64,000 nt of DNA, taken from the human T2T-CHM13v2.0 reference genome, Homo sapiens. The DNA lies in the NCBI RefSeq assembly GCF_009914755.1, contig NC_060942.1; one strand, given 5' to 3'. The notes under the pieces were generated by a model. That model was not told the DNA's origin and ran no database searches. It saw only the letters and a list, made by a program, of their open reading frames with translations. Of the stretch, positions 1-15,805 are shown one piece after another. Numbering within the stretch: position 1 is the stretch's first letter; the number at the start of each line of letters is the position of its first letter. Both the position numbers and the translations under genes were made by a program.

Positions 1-55
1 TCCGAATCTTGGTCAGGGCCCCCAGGTCAATGGCATAGATGGTGAAGGTGTCTGT
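1..55 (-). CDS. LOXHD1: LOXHD1 exon 21, 5' part only (runs off window): TDTFTIYAIDLGALTKIR
   Basis: Acceptor ttccctggcccttcccag|ACA at 56-57; phase 0, in frame with exon 20. Confidence 0.93.
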
Positions 56-654
56 CTGGGAAGGGCCAGGGAACACTCAGTGGGGTAAGACCTACCCCTC
101 CCCACATGGCCATCAGCCCCATCCTCCCAAGAACCAGGGCAGCCAGCCAGAGGCCAATGGTGAGACCCAAAGCAACCAGGAGTGGGGATGATGGAGAATG
201 TCACTTAGTAGTCTGGTGTTTGGTCTGCACAATTGTTTCCCTAACTTGTCCCTGCCAGGAGATCTTCTCACTCTCATGTCCAGGAAGGTGGAAGGAGGAG
301 AGGAAGAGTGAAGGTGACCTTGAGAGGCAGAAGAGAAGATAGGTTTGCTGGATGCCCACATCTGTGGTGGGTGTTTTGTGTGCAAGAGAGGGGGGTGCAC
401 TGAAACCCTCTGCAATGTGTGCAGGTGTGTGCATAATCTGCTTCAATCACATATTTGTATTAAGTACCTGCTATGAGCTGGTGCTGTGCAAATCCAAAGT
501 GACTGTCAGAAACTGAAGACGGATTTGCCCACCATTTAGGTGTGAAGAGGGCCATATGGATCACACCATGTGAATGCACACACTGCTCCATGCACGGGAG
601 GAAGCAGACCACACCAGGAACCTATAAGTAAATGGGGCCTTCTTGGATATAACT

Positions 655-1045
655 TTTTTGACTCTTAATTTTGAAAAAGATTTTAAATCTACAGAAAACT
701 TTCAGAAATAGTATGATGAAAGTTCATATGCCTTCATTTAGATTCTGCACTTATTTGTAACATTTGCTTTCTCACTCTGTCATCTCTCTTGCACTCTCTC
801 TCTTGCTGTATGTTTTTCTAAATCATTTGAAAGTAAGTGGCAGATACCATGATTCTTCATCCCTAAATTCTTCAACATGGATTTCCCAAGAACAAGGATA
901 TTCTCATATAATCACACTAGAATGATCCAATTCAGAAAACTTAACATCAACATAATGCTATTATATAATATACAGTCCATGTTCAAATTTTACCAGTTGC
1001 ACAAGTTATGTAGTCCTCTATAGAAATTTTTTCCTAATCCAGAAA
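655..1045 (-). mobile_element. Old L1M (L1MC-like) 3' fragment
   Basis: Resembles the reverse-complemented L1MC 3' end (ttttgaaa...tacagaaaa...aacaaggatattctc); boundaries approximate. Confidence 0.6.
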
Positions 1046-2007
1046 TATGTGGCTATAATTTTTAAAGGAGAACACTGAAACGCAGAAATAAACTACATCC
1101 TCAAGTCAAGGGGAAGATTCTTTAAAGAAAAAGCAGGGGGCCCCTGAAATAAATCAAGAAATGAGCCCAGAAATATGTTAATTAATTTAGTTCATTTTTA
1201 AAAAATCTGTGTTAATGAGAGAATTTGGCTTTCGGGTAGAGGCAGGAATGGGAAGGGTGAGATAAGAGATAGTTTTCTAGCCAGGGGATATTATAAAATC
1301 TTGAAGGGCAAAGATGACGGCTTTATTTTTCATGACTTTCCCACTACACCTGGAAGAGTAAGGTATGTGTATTTCTTTTCATGGATTCCCACTGCATTAG
1401 GATACAGTTCTGGCTTCTCAGCTTGTCTCTTAAGCCTCTCATGACCCCACCCACCCCACACCCTAAATTGTTCTTATCCAAGCTTATCCACTGGGGCTTA
1501 GCACTGACCACAGCTCAGCTGGAAGACACACTGTCCTAAACTGGCCTCCCCCATTTCCACCTCCATATCTTTGCTCATGTGGTTCCATCTTCTGAGAACA
1601 TCTTCCACTGTTGCCTTTATATGTCTACACCATACTCACCTGCCAAGGCCCAGTTTAAGTTGCTCCCTCCCCCTAGTTTTCCCCCAAGACACCATCTTGC
1701 GGCGAGGACTTCCTCTTGAACCCCTGCATCCCTACCAAGTGCCTCAGCATCTGCCACTCAACGCCATTCTCTGTTTGTTCCTGTGGGTCAGCTGGCCCAT
1801 GGGCTCTAGGTGCTGGGGCCCTGCCTGCAATTCTCTCATAACCCCTCCACAAAGTATCAGTGTTACTGAAGAGGTACTGCCATGAAACCTGGTGGGATGA
1901 ACAAGTCACACTGCCAAACACAGCAGCCATTGTGCTGCGATGGGCTGCCATGGGAATCTCAGAGGGCACCAAACCCACAGCCCCCACCCAGGGGCCAGAG
2001 ACCCTCA

Positions 2008-2256
<249 letters not shown>

Positions 2257-2595
2257 CTAGAACAGAGGGATCTTCAGATGCATCTACACTAACCTGGGAC
2301 TGAAACTGCCCACACTCCCAACCCAAGACTCCTTTACCATGAAGCCAGCAGGCAGCCCTCCTACCTCATGACCCCTCAGTCAGTTGTATTGAGTCATATC
2401 AGGGCTCCTCCCAAAGTCATCAATTCTTCCTGAGAACCTCAGAACAAGCGCCATGCTTATCCCCAAACAGCAGTGTCAATGGTGGCATTTCACACACAGG
2501 TCAAGAGAGCTATTTGGGAACCATGATGGGTGCCCACCTATTTGGCCTCCACGTGAGGGGGATCTAGGCCCCCTGCCCCCAGTGGGCCCCCTTTA

Positions 2596-3210
<615 letters not shown>

Positions 3211-3394
3211 CTAAGCTGCAGGATGGAGAGGGCTGGGGCCTCTGTGCTCAGATCCTTCCACCACCTCCCTCTCTCCGGCCACACCTGTCCTGGGTCCCCT
3301 GGGATTACCTGGCCCCATCCTCCAACAAAGTTTATTTCTTCCAACTTCTGTGTGGGCAAGCTGGTCTCCCTCTTCTCTCTTAAACACATATGCC

Positions 3395-3433
3395 TGCACG
3401 TATACACACACACACGCACGCGCGCGCGCGCGC
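3395..3433. repeat. Compound alternating purine-pyrimidine tract, (CA)n then (CG)7
   Basis: tgcacgtatacacacacacacgcacgcgcgcgcgcgcgc, 39 nt; (CG)7 at 3419-3432. Confidence 0.95.
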
Positions 3434-5264
3434 CTCATTCCTATGATTTCTGTCCCTATCATGGCTCATACAGTTTCCTTACTTGGCCTGCCTTTATCCC
3501 CCTCCTCTACTTGCAGCTAAAATCTATTCATTCAGGTTCCTGTGTTTCATCACTTTTTTTAACTTTGTGCCTCTGTGTTCTCTTTACAAAAATTTTCAGT
3601 GTTAACCGTATATAACTTTCGTAATAAGCAAAAAACAAAAGTGCTCTTTTTCAATAACAAAAATTTCACCCACACCCACAGAGGCCCAAGCTCCCTCCTC
3701 CCCCAACCCTGAGCACATGGCCTCAGCCTGACTGCCCCTTCCCCAAGAGCAGAGAGGGGGTCCAGGGTTTAGCTGTGGTGCCGGTTTGGCCTGGATGCCC
3801 TCTTCATCCTCACAAGCTGGTCTCTGCCCTCTTGATTATGAGTTCCTTAAAGGCGGAGACCATCATTTTCAGTCTCTACCAGGATGGGCATAGCACATAA
3901 CTGGCCCAAAGGGCAGTGTTGATGGCATCATCGACTCTAGATCATGAGACCTGAGCTCTGTCCTGAGCCCCAGGCTCTGAGGAAGGACCCACATTAAGGT
4001 AGGGTCTGGTCCGTCCCCTGCAGCACTCAGGGTAGGGCTCACATGGGGGTTGTTTCTAGTCAGAGTCCTCCCAAGCTTCCTGATGCTGATGAGCCCCTGT
4101 CTGGGGTTTGATCCTTCTCAAAGCCTGTCCCACCAGTTCTTTCACTGAGTGCCAGGGCAAACTGAGGCCAAGGCTGTCCCATGAGTTCCACAGTGTCCTA
4201 CAATTCAAGTCCAGACCTAGATGAGAACTCAGGCCTTCTGACCCCCTGTTCATGAGTCCACAATGCAGTCAACAAACCACCTTTGCCAGAAAATTACCAG
4301 TCATGGTAGAGCCCAGGGCCCCTGGGAGAGTGGAATTTATACTTCTCAGCTACTTAGGAGAAAGGCTCTGGACCTGGTAAGTCACTTCTTCACGGCATTA
4401 GCTCTCCTCTTCAGCATTTCCCAGGTTACAGCACCCCTGCAATCAACCTTGCCAAGGAGGCCAGCTTGCTGCACCACTGGCCTCCCTCACATCTGTCTGC
4501 CCAGCCGTGCCTTCATCCACCACCACATCCAGTAAATTGGCATCCAGAAGACACGCTATCCAGTTCCATCTCCATAACTGGGCACTCCATCCCAAGTGCA
4601 TTCCCTGACATTGACTCTTGATCATTACAGGGACTGTGAAGCCAGCCGGGCAGGTATTATAAAGCTAGGTTTTAACTGATGAGGAAGTGGAGGCTCAGAG
4701 AGCTAAAATACTTGGTCCTCTGCCTCCTCAGCAGTGTATGAGGGTGTCTGGCTCAATGAGGCTCCTTCCAGCTCTGATGTTCCAGACACTTATGACTCTG
4801 GCCCAGGTCCTAGTTCAGCCAGGACTGTCTTCCCTGGGCACCGGGTAAGGACTCTTTGCTGAAGGCTAAGGTGCTCCTGGCATGCAGAAACACAAGGCAC
4901 CCAGCATGAACATGCTGCCTGCACACATATATCTGCACATGCACACACATTGTCATATCTATAATAAAACATTCATGTTTCTCCTAAGGGGCGCCACCCT
5001 TGCATCCTCCTCTCTTGCCAACACCATGCCCACATTCTTATCTCTTTTTTCCTTCTATTGAAAGACTTGGAAAGGAAGAACGGAGACCTGGGATACTCAG
5101 GAAACAGCCATAAAATTCCAAGTCTCTCAGTGTCTTGGCTGGGAAGCATTTCCTTGACATCAGGCTTGAGAGAACTGTAGACTCAGAGGCCACAGGGCTG
5201 GGAATGAGTGGAGGAACTGCAGCCTTAGTGTCATCTTTTGCAAGATTAGAATCACCTGCTCCCA

Positions 5265-5445
5265 TGGTTCTCAGGGTCGGCAGCATGTTAGTATCCCTGG
5301 AGGAGCTTTTCAACGTACACCCAGAAAATATATCCCATCCCCAGAGGTTCTGATTTGCCTGGTATGGGGCGTGCACCAGGCAGCACTTTTTTCTTAAAGC
5401 TCCCCAGGTGACTGTAACATGAGGCCAGGGGTGGGAATCACTGAT
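5265..5445. mobile_element. MER5A-like hAT-Charlie DNA transposon relic
   Basis: ggttctca...cccagaggttctgattt...aagctccccaggtga...gggaatcactg resembles MER5A. Confidence 0.6.
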
Positions 5446-5480
5446 CTAGTCCAATCCCCTCATTTTAGGCCGAAAGCTCA

Positions 5481-6060
<580 letters not shown>

Positions 6061-6114
6061 CAGGAAGGAGGAGGAGTCACATACCAGCTGGCGATCCCTG
6101 CTGTGTGCCTGCCT

Positions 6115-6520
6115 GCTACAGTTTGCATGTTTGTCTTCTCCAAAACTCATGCTGAAATGTCATTGCCATTGTAACCGTATTAAAAGGTGGGACCTTTAAG
6201 GAGTGATTAGGCCCCCCAAAATGCTTATGTTGAAGCCACTAACCCCAATACCTCAGAATGTAACTGTATCTGGAGATAAGAGTCTTTAAAGAGGTGACTA
6301 GTTTAAATGAGACCCCCAAGGGCAGGCCCTAATCCAAGCTGATTGGCGTCCTTATAAGAAAAGGAAATTGTGGCACACAGAGAGACACCAGGGATGTGGA
6401 GAGACACCAGGGATGTGGAGAGACCAGGTGAGTCCACAGTGATGAGGCAGCCCTAGCACAGTAATGCAGAGAGCAGTGAGCGCAGAGAGAGCGATCCATC
6501 GAAAAAGGAGACTCACTCCA
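6115..6520 (+). mobile_element. ERVL-MaLR LTR fragments (MLT1A/MST-like, then MLT1B-like) with an internal 19-bp tandem duplication
   Basis: cccaaaat..tatgttgaag...ctcagaatgtaactgtat..ggagata; agagacaccagggatgtgg twice at 6381-6418. Confidence 0.7.
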
Positions 6521-6649
6521 GAAAAAACAAGCTCTACAAAAGACGAAAAGCAATTATCATAAGGCAGGTGATTCAGCAGTGAATAATATTGACATAATAA
6601 TATAAAAATTGAACACTGATTTAGATGTTTTGAAGGCTGGAAGGAGGGG

Positions 6650-6701
6650 GAGAGAGAGAGTGTGTGTGTGTGTGTGTGTGTGTGCACGCACACACGCACA
6701 C
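6650..6701. repeat. (GA)n(TG)n microsatellite followed by a CA-rich tract
   Basis: Directly visible. Confidence 0.9.
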
Positions 6702-6804
6702 ATGAGGGCCCATACAAGTGCTTGTGTATGTTAAAAGAGCTAAATCCTCTTTCATAGTAGGAAGTCAATAGATAACGTCTAAGACTGTAAAATTAAAAAA
6801 TTGA

Positions 6805-7115
6805 GGCCAGGCACGGTGGTTCAGGCCTGTAATTCCACTGCTTTGTAAATCCACTGAGGCAGAAGGATTGCTTGAGGCCAGGAGTTCAAGATCAGCCTGG
6901 GCAACACAACAAGATCCCCATCTCTACAAAAATAAAATAAAAATAAAAATTGAGGGGTGTGGTGGCACGTGCCTGTAGTCCCAGCTACTCAAGAGGCTGA
7001 GGCAGGGGGATCGCTCGAGCCTGGGAGTCAAGGCTGCAATGAGTTATGATTGTGTCACTGCACTCCAGCCTGGGTGCCAGAGCAACATCCTGTCTCTAAA
7101 AACTAAATAAATAAA
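6805..7115 (+). mobile_element. AluJ inserted in an L1MC-like fragment
   Basis: Dimeric Alu with J-type sequence (ggattgcttgaggccaggagttc, aaggctgcaatgag); flanking aaaattga repeat. Confidence 0.9.
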
Positions 7116-7547
7116 AATTGATAGGTATATTGTTTAAAAATATGGAGCTAAATTTTAGAGGAAAAATCTAAAGTAAGGTTGTTGGCATTGAAGAAGGGGG
7201 GTTGGGGTAAGGGGAAGAGGTAGGTAAGGGAACTATTGCTTTTTTATCTTTATCTTTATCTTCTTGATTAGTATCTATACTACTCTGATGGAATTCCAGT
7301 GTTGATTTATAAAATGAGGGAAGGAGTTGATTCTTATACTGGCAAGTGCCATTACAAAGCGTGTGTATATAACAGCCCTAAAGGAACTTGCAGGTTGCTT
7401 CAGATTAGACACACACACGAAAAGATATTCAAAGAGTTCTGGGAGCGGGAGAGGTGATTTCACACTGGGGTTCCCTCTCAGGGAAGCTGCTGTGGAAGTG
7501 AGCCTTGGGCAGTTGCTTTCAGGGCCAATGTAGAAATGCAGAGGTGA

Positions 7548-7910
<363 letters not shown>

Positions 7911-8113
7911 CTATCCAAAAAGGCCCTTCCCCCACACCATTGCTAACCCTTTATCCTGTTTCATGTTCCTCTTGGCTGTTCATTCGCATTATCCTATTAT
8001 TGTCTGTCTCCCCTGTGGAATATAAAGCCTGTGAGCGCAAGGGTTTTGTTCGTTTTGCTCACAGCTGCCTCCACAAAGCTCAGAGCAGTGCTGGCAGAGA
8101 GAAACCCTCAATA

Positions 8114-8443
8114 GACCGTCATTCCTCAGTATCTGCAGGGACAGGTTCCAGAACCCCCAAGCATACCCGAATCTGAGGATGCTCAAGCCCCTCATATAAA
8201 ATGGCATAGTATTTGTATATAACCTACACACATCCTCCTATACACTTTAAATATCTCTAGGTTACTTATAATACCTAATACAAGGTAAATGCTATATAAA
8301 TAGTTGTTATACTGTACTGTTAGGGAATAATGACAAGGAAAAAAGTCTGTATATGTTCAGTACAGATGTAATTTTTTTCCAAATGTTTTTGATCCTCGAT
8401 TGAATCCACCGATGCACAACCCATGGATGTGGAGGGCTGACTG
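8114..8443. mobile_element. MER2 (TcMar-Tigger) DNA transposon
   Basis: ggatgctcaagcccctcatataaaatggcatagtatttg...ggagggctgactg matches recalled MER2. Confidence 0.8.
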
Positions 8444-8768
8444 TGTATTTTTTTTTGAATAAATGAATGAATAAAGAGTTTTGTCTCCTCAGCCAGTCTT
8501 CATCACAGAAGACATGAACTAGGTCTCAAACTCCTATACAGGGTTGAGTGTGCATTTCCTAATAAAGTCATTTGCTGCCTTTATTCCACAAAAAAGTATT
8601 TCATCCATTGGGTCCTCAGTTTCCTCATCTATAAAATGAGCCCTACTTTCCTGCAAGAACCATAGTACCAGAAGCAGTGAAAGCCCCCATTTTCTCCCTG
8701 CAGGACCCTACCAGCAGCACTTGTCAGCAAGACCTGCTTTGCCCCATGGTCCCTCCTCCTTCCCCTCA

Positions 8769-9206
<438 letters not shown>

Positions 9207-9457
9207 TCACCTGCCTGTAGCCACCATTCCCTTCTCCTAAGCCCAGCACACCTCCCAGGGCCATAGTGAGAAACAAGAGGGGAGTGGAGGTGACACAAAA
9301 TTTGAAAGCTCCACTAGTACTTAATCATGTTAGGTCATGGCCATGTGAGAAAGCAAATGTTTAAAATGTTTGCCATCACCTTCCAATAACTGTGTTATTG
9401 ATTTGGTTTGGTTTTGAACAATACACAGTTGTATATATTTCTGCATTTCTTCAACAT

Positions 9458-9504
9458 ACCCATCCTGAAGGTGACAGAATATCACCCATCCTGAAGGTGA
9501 CAGA
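9458..9504. repeat. Tandem duplication, 21-bp identical core with 26-bp period
   Basis: acccatcctgaaggtgacaga at 9458-9478 and 9484-9504. Confidence 0.9.
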
Positions 9505-10911
9505 CTATGCAGGCAACCTCTCAGGACTCTGCGGTTCTGTGTCCAATTCCTCTGCTCACTCTTGGACCCAAGGAACACTTTTCTTTTTCCAATAACACTC
9601 TATAATTGCTTTGCGATTTTGCATTTTAACATCTTTGCCCCCATGGGCAACATAGAGGGGAGTGCAGATGATCATATCACCATCCTTATATGTACTTGGT
9701 TTTTCAATGTTTGGATTGCTTTTATGTTTTTTCTTTTTGAAATGCTGTATACAGAGCAATTTTAACATCAGATGGAATTATCAGATGGCCTTTGAGAACC
9801 CTTCCAGCCCTGAGATTCTCTCTGCAATGGTTTGAAGAGGTGATGTTAGCCATGAGTCTGGTGCCAAAAGGCCAGATTTAGAAAACTGTCCATGCGAGCC
9901 TGCTCTTGCTCTTCTGAGTCCTAAGTGCCTCTTTGCAGCTGGTAATGGCAACAACGTCAGAGCTAAGTGCATGCAGCCCAGTCCCCTGGAATTATCAGAA
10001 GAAAACCAGCTAAGCTTACAAAGCCTGAGAGCCCTCTGTGTGCATGTCAAGGGACAGAGAAGAGTTTTGTTGTTCTTCTGTGGTGCCAGGACTATGAAAG
10101 TCCCAGGGAGGGATTGGCTGAAAGGGTAAAGACAGAGGTAAGTGTCTGATATGACTGGATGCTCCCTAAGGGCAGACACTAGCTCAGTTCTACAACACTT
10201 CACACCTGACATAGACTAATTGTTCAGTAGCATTTACTCAGCACTTAGTATGAGCATGTGGGTGTTATTCACATATTTAATACTAATAGCAACCCCATTA
10301 GTATCTCATGTTGTTATGAATGAGAAAACGGAGGCAAACAGAGGTTAAATAACTTACATATGGCAGGTAAGTGGAAATGGGTCTCAAATATGCGGTTGGC
10401 AGCCAGAGCCCATGCTCCCAGCCTCTTGGCCATGCTGCTTGTTGAGGGGGTTTCGGAAACTCAGGAAGAAGCTTAAATGCCCTCCCACTGCCACCCTACT
10501 CTTCCTAGAGGTCTAACTTACCCGCCAGCTGCTGCCCAAAATCCTTTAGTAAAGGGAACAGCATTTTCACTCTGCAATTATTGATTCAGCTTAAAATGTA
10601 AATACATCTTGATAAATGAAAACATTGATTTAAGTTCATTAACCTCAAGGTATAAATGACTAACATGAGATCTTTCCCTGGAGTGAGTTTTGATGGGAGA
10701 AGAGATTCCTAGGACCTGAAATAGGGTGGGACTCCCAGAGAGGGAAGGGGCAGGAAAGATGAGGTTCCAGGTAGAGGGCTTGTTACCATCTCCATTTCCA
10801 CCAAGCCACACCCTGGGAGCAGCAGGTAGTAACAAAAATCCCAGCTCAGGCATTTCTAGAGACATCCCCAATCCTCAAGTCCAAGATTTAGAACTGTGTT
10901 TCTCCAGGTGA

Positions 10912-11447
10912 TGTCAAGGAAGATTCTCACCTTGGCCAAACTCTAGCCAGGCTCCTGAACCCTTTCTCAGCCTCAATCTTGGCCTATAAAGACTTGAACA
11001 AAACACTAACACAGTTTCTAACAGCTCAAGGCCACATCCCTAGAGTGACCCTAATCCCCCTTACTGTGCTTGCCTTAGAAAACTCAAGGCTGTCAAAATA
11101 ATTTACTGTTGGTTCCAGCCAACACCTGAGGGTAGGGCTTCTGTCTGCCAGACTCTTGAAGGATAAGACCCTCATGCCATAAAGCATCAGTTAGCAAACC
11201 CAGATGGGTTCCACAACCCACATGTGCTGACCTCCCCATTACTGCTTTTCATGTTTTCCCCCTGACTCTACTGAGCCCTTGATTACCCTCCCCTTATTCC
11301 CTCATCCTCCCTTTAAAGAGGTTTGCAAACCTCTGCACAAACCTAAGTTGGGTTCAGTTCACACTGGCCTCTTTTCCTGATGGCAGTGGTAGATTACTGA
11401 TTAAAGTCTGTCTTTGCTGCTTTACTGTTCAGCTTTCTCTTTGATGA
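10912..11447 (+). mobile_element. Solo ERV1 LTR, MER67A-like
   Basis: tgtcaa...ccttggccaaactctagccaggctcc...aacactaacacagtttctaacagctcaaggccacatccctag. Confidence 0.7.
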
Positions 11448-11984
11448 AGTGCTTAGACCACTTGCAGCAGAGTCACCTGGAGCCTTGATCTGGAGGCTCT
11501 TGGGTTCCATCTCCCAAGACAGAATCTCTCAGGTGTGGCCCAGAAGTGTGCACTGAAACAAGCTTCCTGGCCCCAATTCTGATGCACACTCAAGTTTGAA
11601 ATTGGGAAGTATTTTTAGCCCCTTTTCTTAGTCCTCCCTTCTCTTTTCCTTCCCTGCGTTCAGTGTCTCCTTCTCCAGTGTCTGTGACCCAGGTACATTG
11701 GTCTTGGATATGTAGGTAAATAAAATGTTGAGGCAATGCCACTAAAAATACACATTCCAGCCCCAAAGAGGCTCTGGAAGCATCACTACTGTTTACATAT
11801 CTTCAGCTGCTCTAGGTCACAGCTAAAAAACTACACACCTCACTCACTATTCCCAAGTGTGCTTTTTCTCTTCAAAATGTGTTTACCCTTATGTACATGA
11901 GTGTGTGCGTGTGTGTCTGTGTGTGGACATATGTGTGTGTGGACACGTGTGAATGTGTGTTCGGAAATGGGTGGGATGATGTCA

Positions 11985-12347
<363 letters not shown>

Positions 12348-13212
12348 CTAAGCAGCCCTGCAACTTGGGGCAGGGGTTCCTTCCATCTCTGTGAGGTCTC
12401 CTCAACTGTAATGGCAGAATTCTAGTAGGTTCTCTGTCTGCTCCAGAAGGTGTGAATGGGCTTAGAGCAGGAAAGCGTGTAAATCACAAGCAAGAACATC
12501 AAAACATAAGAGCCTGAAAGGATTTCCCACAATCATCTGGTCTAGCTTCTCTGACAGTGGACAAGGAAACTGAGACAAAGGAAGGATCAACCTTTCCAGA
12601 CAGTGTCTAGAGCATTATACACATGGTATTATTGCTAAGGATTCTGACCCCAGTTTCACAGGCAAGGAATCTGAGCCTCAGAATGTCATGTGTTTGGTGC
12701 AAGATGGCAACAGTTAAGAGGTCGCCAGGAGTGAAACTCTCATGTGGACTTGAAACCCCCTGCTCTTCACTGGGCCACCACGAGGGTGTCACTCCATTTT
12801 ATCAGCCAGGAATGTCTGCATTATCGGTCTTCAGGGACAAAAACACCCGAGGAAAAGGTGAGTCCTGGAATAATACAAGGCAAGACCCCAAGTCCTCCAG
12901 GCTTGTTCCTGGGTGTGTGTCTTGGGCAAAGAGGAGGAAGCACTGGAAAGGTGAGTGATGCTCACTCCCAGGCCTGCCACTCACTGACACCGTAGGGTCC
13001 TCCCACTAGGCAGAAGGATTTGGAGAAAGTCAGCTGAGCACACCTTGCCTAGGGACCAGCCCTGGAGAAGGCCAGACCTGCAGGTCTGCTCCAGATCAGC
13101 TCCATTAGTGCCACCCAAGGGCACTTGAGGAAATGGCCTCTATTCTTGCTGAAAGATGTAGTAGCAGAGACTGGGAAGGAGACCTCTTTCTTGTACTATT
13201 TTCCATCTCAAC

Positions 13213-13427
13213 CAGGGGTGTTCAATCTTTTGGTTTCCCTGGGCCACACTGGAAGAAGAAGAATTGTCTTGGGCCACACAAAAAATACACTAATACAAAT
13301 GATAGCTGATGAGTTAAAAAAATTGCAAAAAAGTTTTATGTTTTAAGAAAGTTTACAAATTTGTGTTGGGCCACATTCAAAGCCGTTGTGGGCCACATGC
13401 GTGCGGGCTGTGGGTTGGACAAGCTTG
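13213..13427 (+). mobile_element. MER30 (hAT-Charlie) MITE
   Basis: caggggtgttcaatcttttgg...ggttggacaagcttg; 8-bp TSD atctcaac/atctaaac. Confidence 0.85.
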
Positions 13428-13724
13428 ATCTAAACGCTTTCAGACGCTCTGACTGAGGAAGCAGGGGGTCAGGAGGTCCTGTCCACATGGTGAAATAGGG
13501 GCTTGCTGGACTGGGAAGGACAGTGACATAGACAGAGATACCCTGGGTACTGGTCCCAGCCCCATCACTGACTACACAACTGGGTTTGCTGGGGTTGTGG
13601 AGGGGGAATAGGGGTCCTTTTGCCACAGGCATCTTATCTCCTGGGATCCTTCCCAGATCTTAAATTCTGTAATTCTGAGACCAGAAATGGGACACTCTAG
13701 TTCAAAGTCAGCAGTCTGACCTTA

Positions 13725-14062
<338 letters not shown>

Positions 14063-14652
14063 AAATATCTTCAGCTCTTCCGGTTCTAAGTTTCTCCATC
14101 TGACCCATGGACAACATCAACCCTGACCATCTTCTGGGATTATTGCAGAGCTCAAATGAGATAATAAATGACAAACATGAGGTGTTGGTAATGTCAAGGA
14201 TTCTAGAGATAAGTTTCTTTTAATTTTGTCTAAAGCTCATGATCAAACCAAAGCAATGGAAGAAATGTCACCAGTAAGGAAAACTCTAAGGCCTCCAAGA
14301 TGATACTTGGCATTTTTAAAGTCCCTATTTTACAGTCCCTTCAAAATATTTCTCTTCTTAAGGCCTGAATGACAGGTACTGCCAATGCTTGGCACCATTG
14401 GCCAGCATTACTGCTCATCACTCTCGTTGACCCATATGCATTCAGGGCCTCACACCTGAGGCCACAAAGAGACTGTGTGCAGGAGCACAGGCAGGAACCC
14501 TCCAGACACTCCCTCGGAGCCTCCCTCTCCTCCCTCCCCACTGCCACCTCTGTGAAACATGAAGTGCTCGTGTTTTCTTGAAGGGCTTAGCTGAGGGAAG
14601 GCCCCTGTCTCACCAAGGGCACACCCAGCACCTGGTCATCAGGACAACTCAC

Positions 14653-14729
14653 TCTTCAGTGTCGCGCTGCTGTCACTGGGTAGCAACTCTCGGACCAGCT
14701 GCCCATCATCCTTATCCTTGTCCAACCAC
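14653..14729 (-). CDS. LOXHD1: LOXHD1 exon 15 (77 nt, c.1971-2047): (R)[25 protein letters not shown]
   Basis: Not in the ORF track, found by hand; acceptor ttgcccaccag|G, donor AGA|gtgagt; carries the CGA codon R670 at 14690-14692. Confidence 0.95.
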
Positions 14730-15359
14730 CTGGTGGGCAAATGGGGGAATGTTAGCTCTTTGGGTGGAGCAGGCAGACAATCAAAGCTTCACCCATTCAT
14801 GCAGAGTCACTATGGAGGCCCAGAGCTTTGACTTTAGCAAAGTGAAATGATTCTATGGGAGCATCTAGCAAAACATCCTAGCCTGGAGTGGGAAAGGAGG
14901 ACTTCCCGGAGGCAGTGGTGTTTGGCTGAGATTGGAAGGAGGGCAGGGAACTCCTTGGGGAATGGGTAGGATGATGTCACATGGTCTTGGGAAGGAGACC
15001 AGGAGAAAAAGGAAGAGTATCCCAGAGGAAGCAACATATCCTGGGATGGAACAGAGCCCGCAGGAGTTGAAACAGGACCATGTGGATGGGATGCAGTGAA
15101 CAACAGGTAGAGAGCTGGCAGAGGAAGCTGGAGAGGGGACAGGTCACATGATATAGGGCCTTGGCAATCACTGTCAAAAGTCTGTCCTGAAAGCCATCAT
15201 TAGCATAGAAAACAAGCACCTCTTTTTCTAAGAGCTTTCCATCCTCATGGCACTGTGCTGAGGGCTCTGGGGTGGGGAGATGGCAGAGAACATATGCTAG
15301 GATACGTAAGGCCCAGCCCAGGCTGTCGGCAGCCTGCTTAAGAAGACAGGATAGGCCAG

Positions 15360-15805
<446 letters not shown>

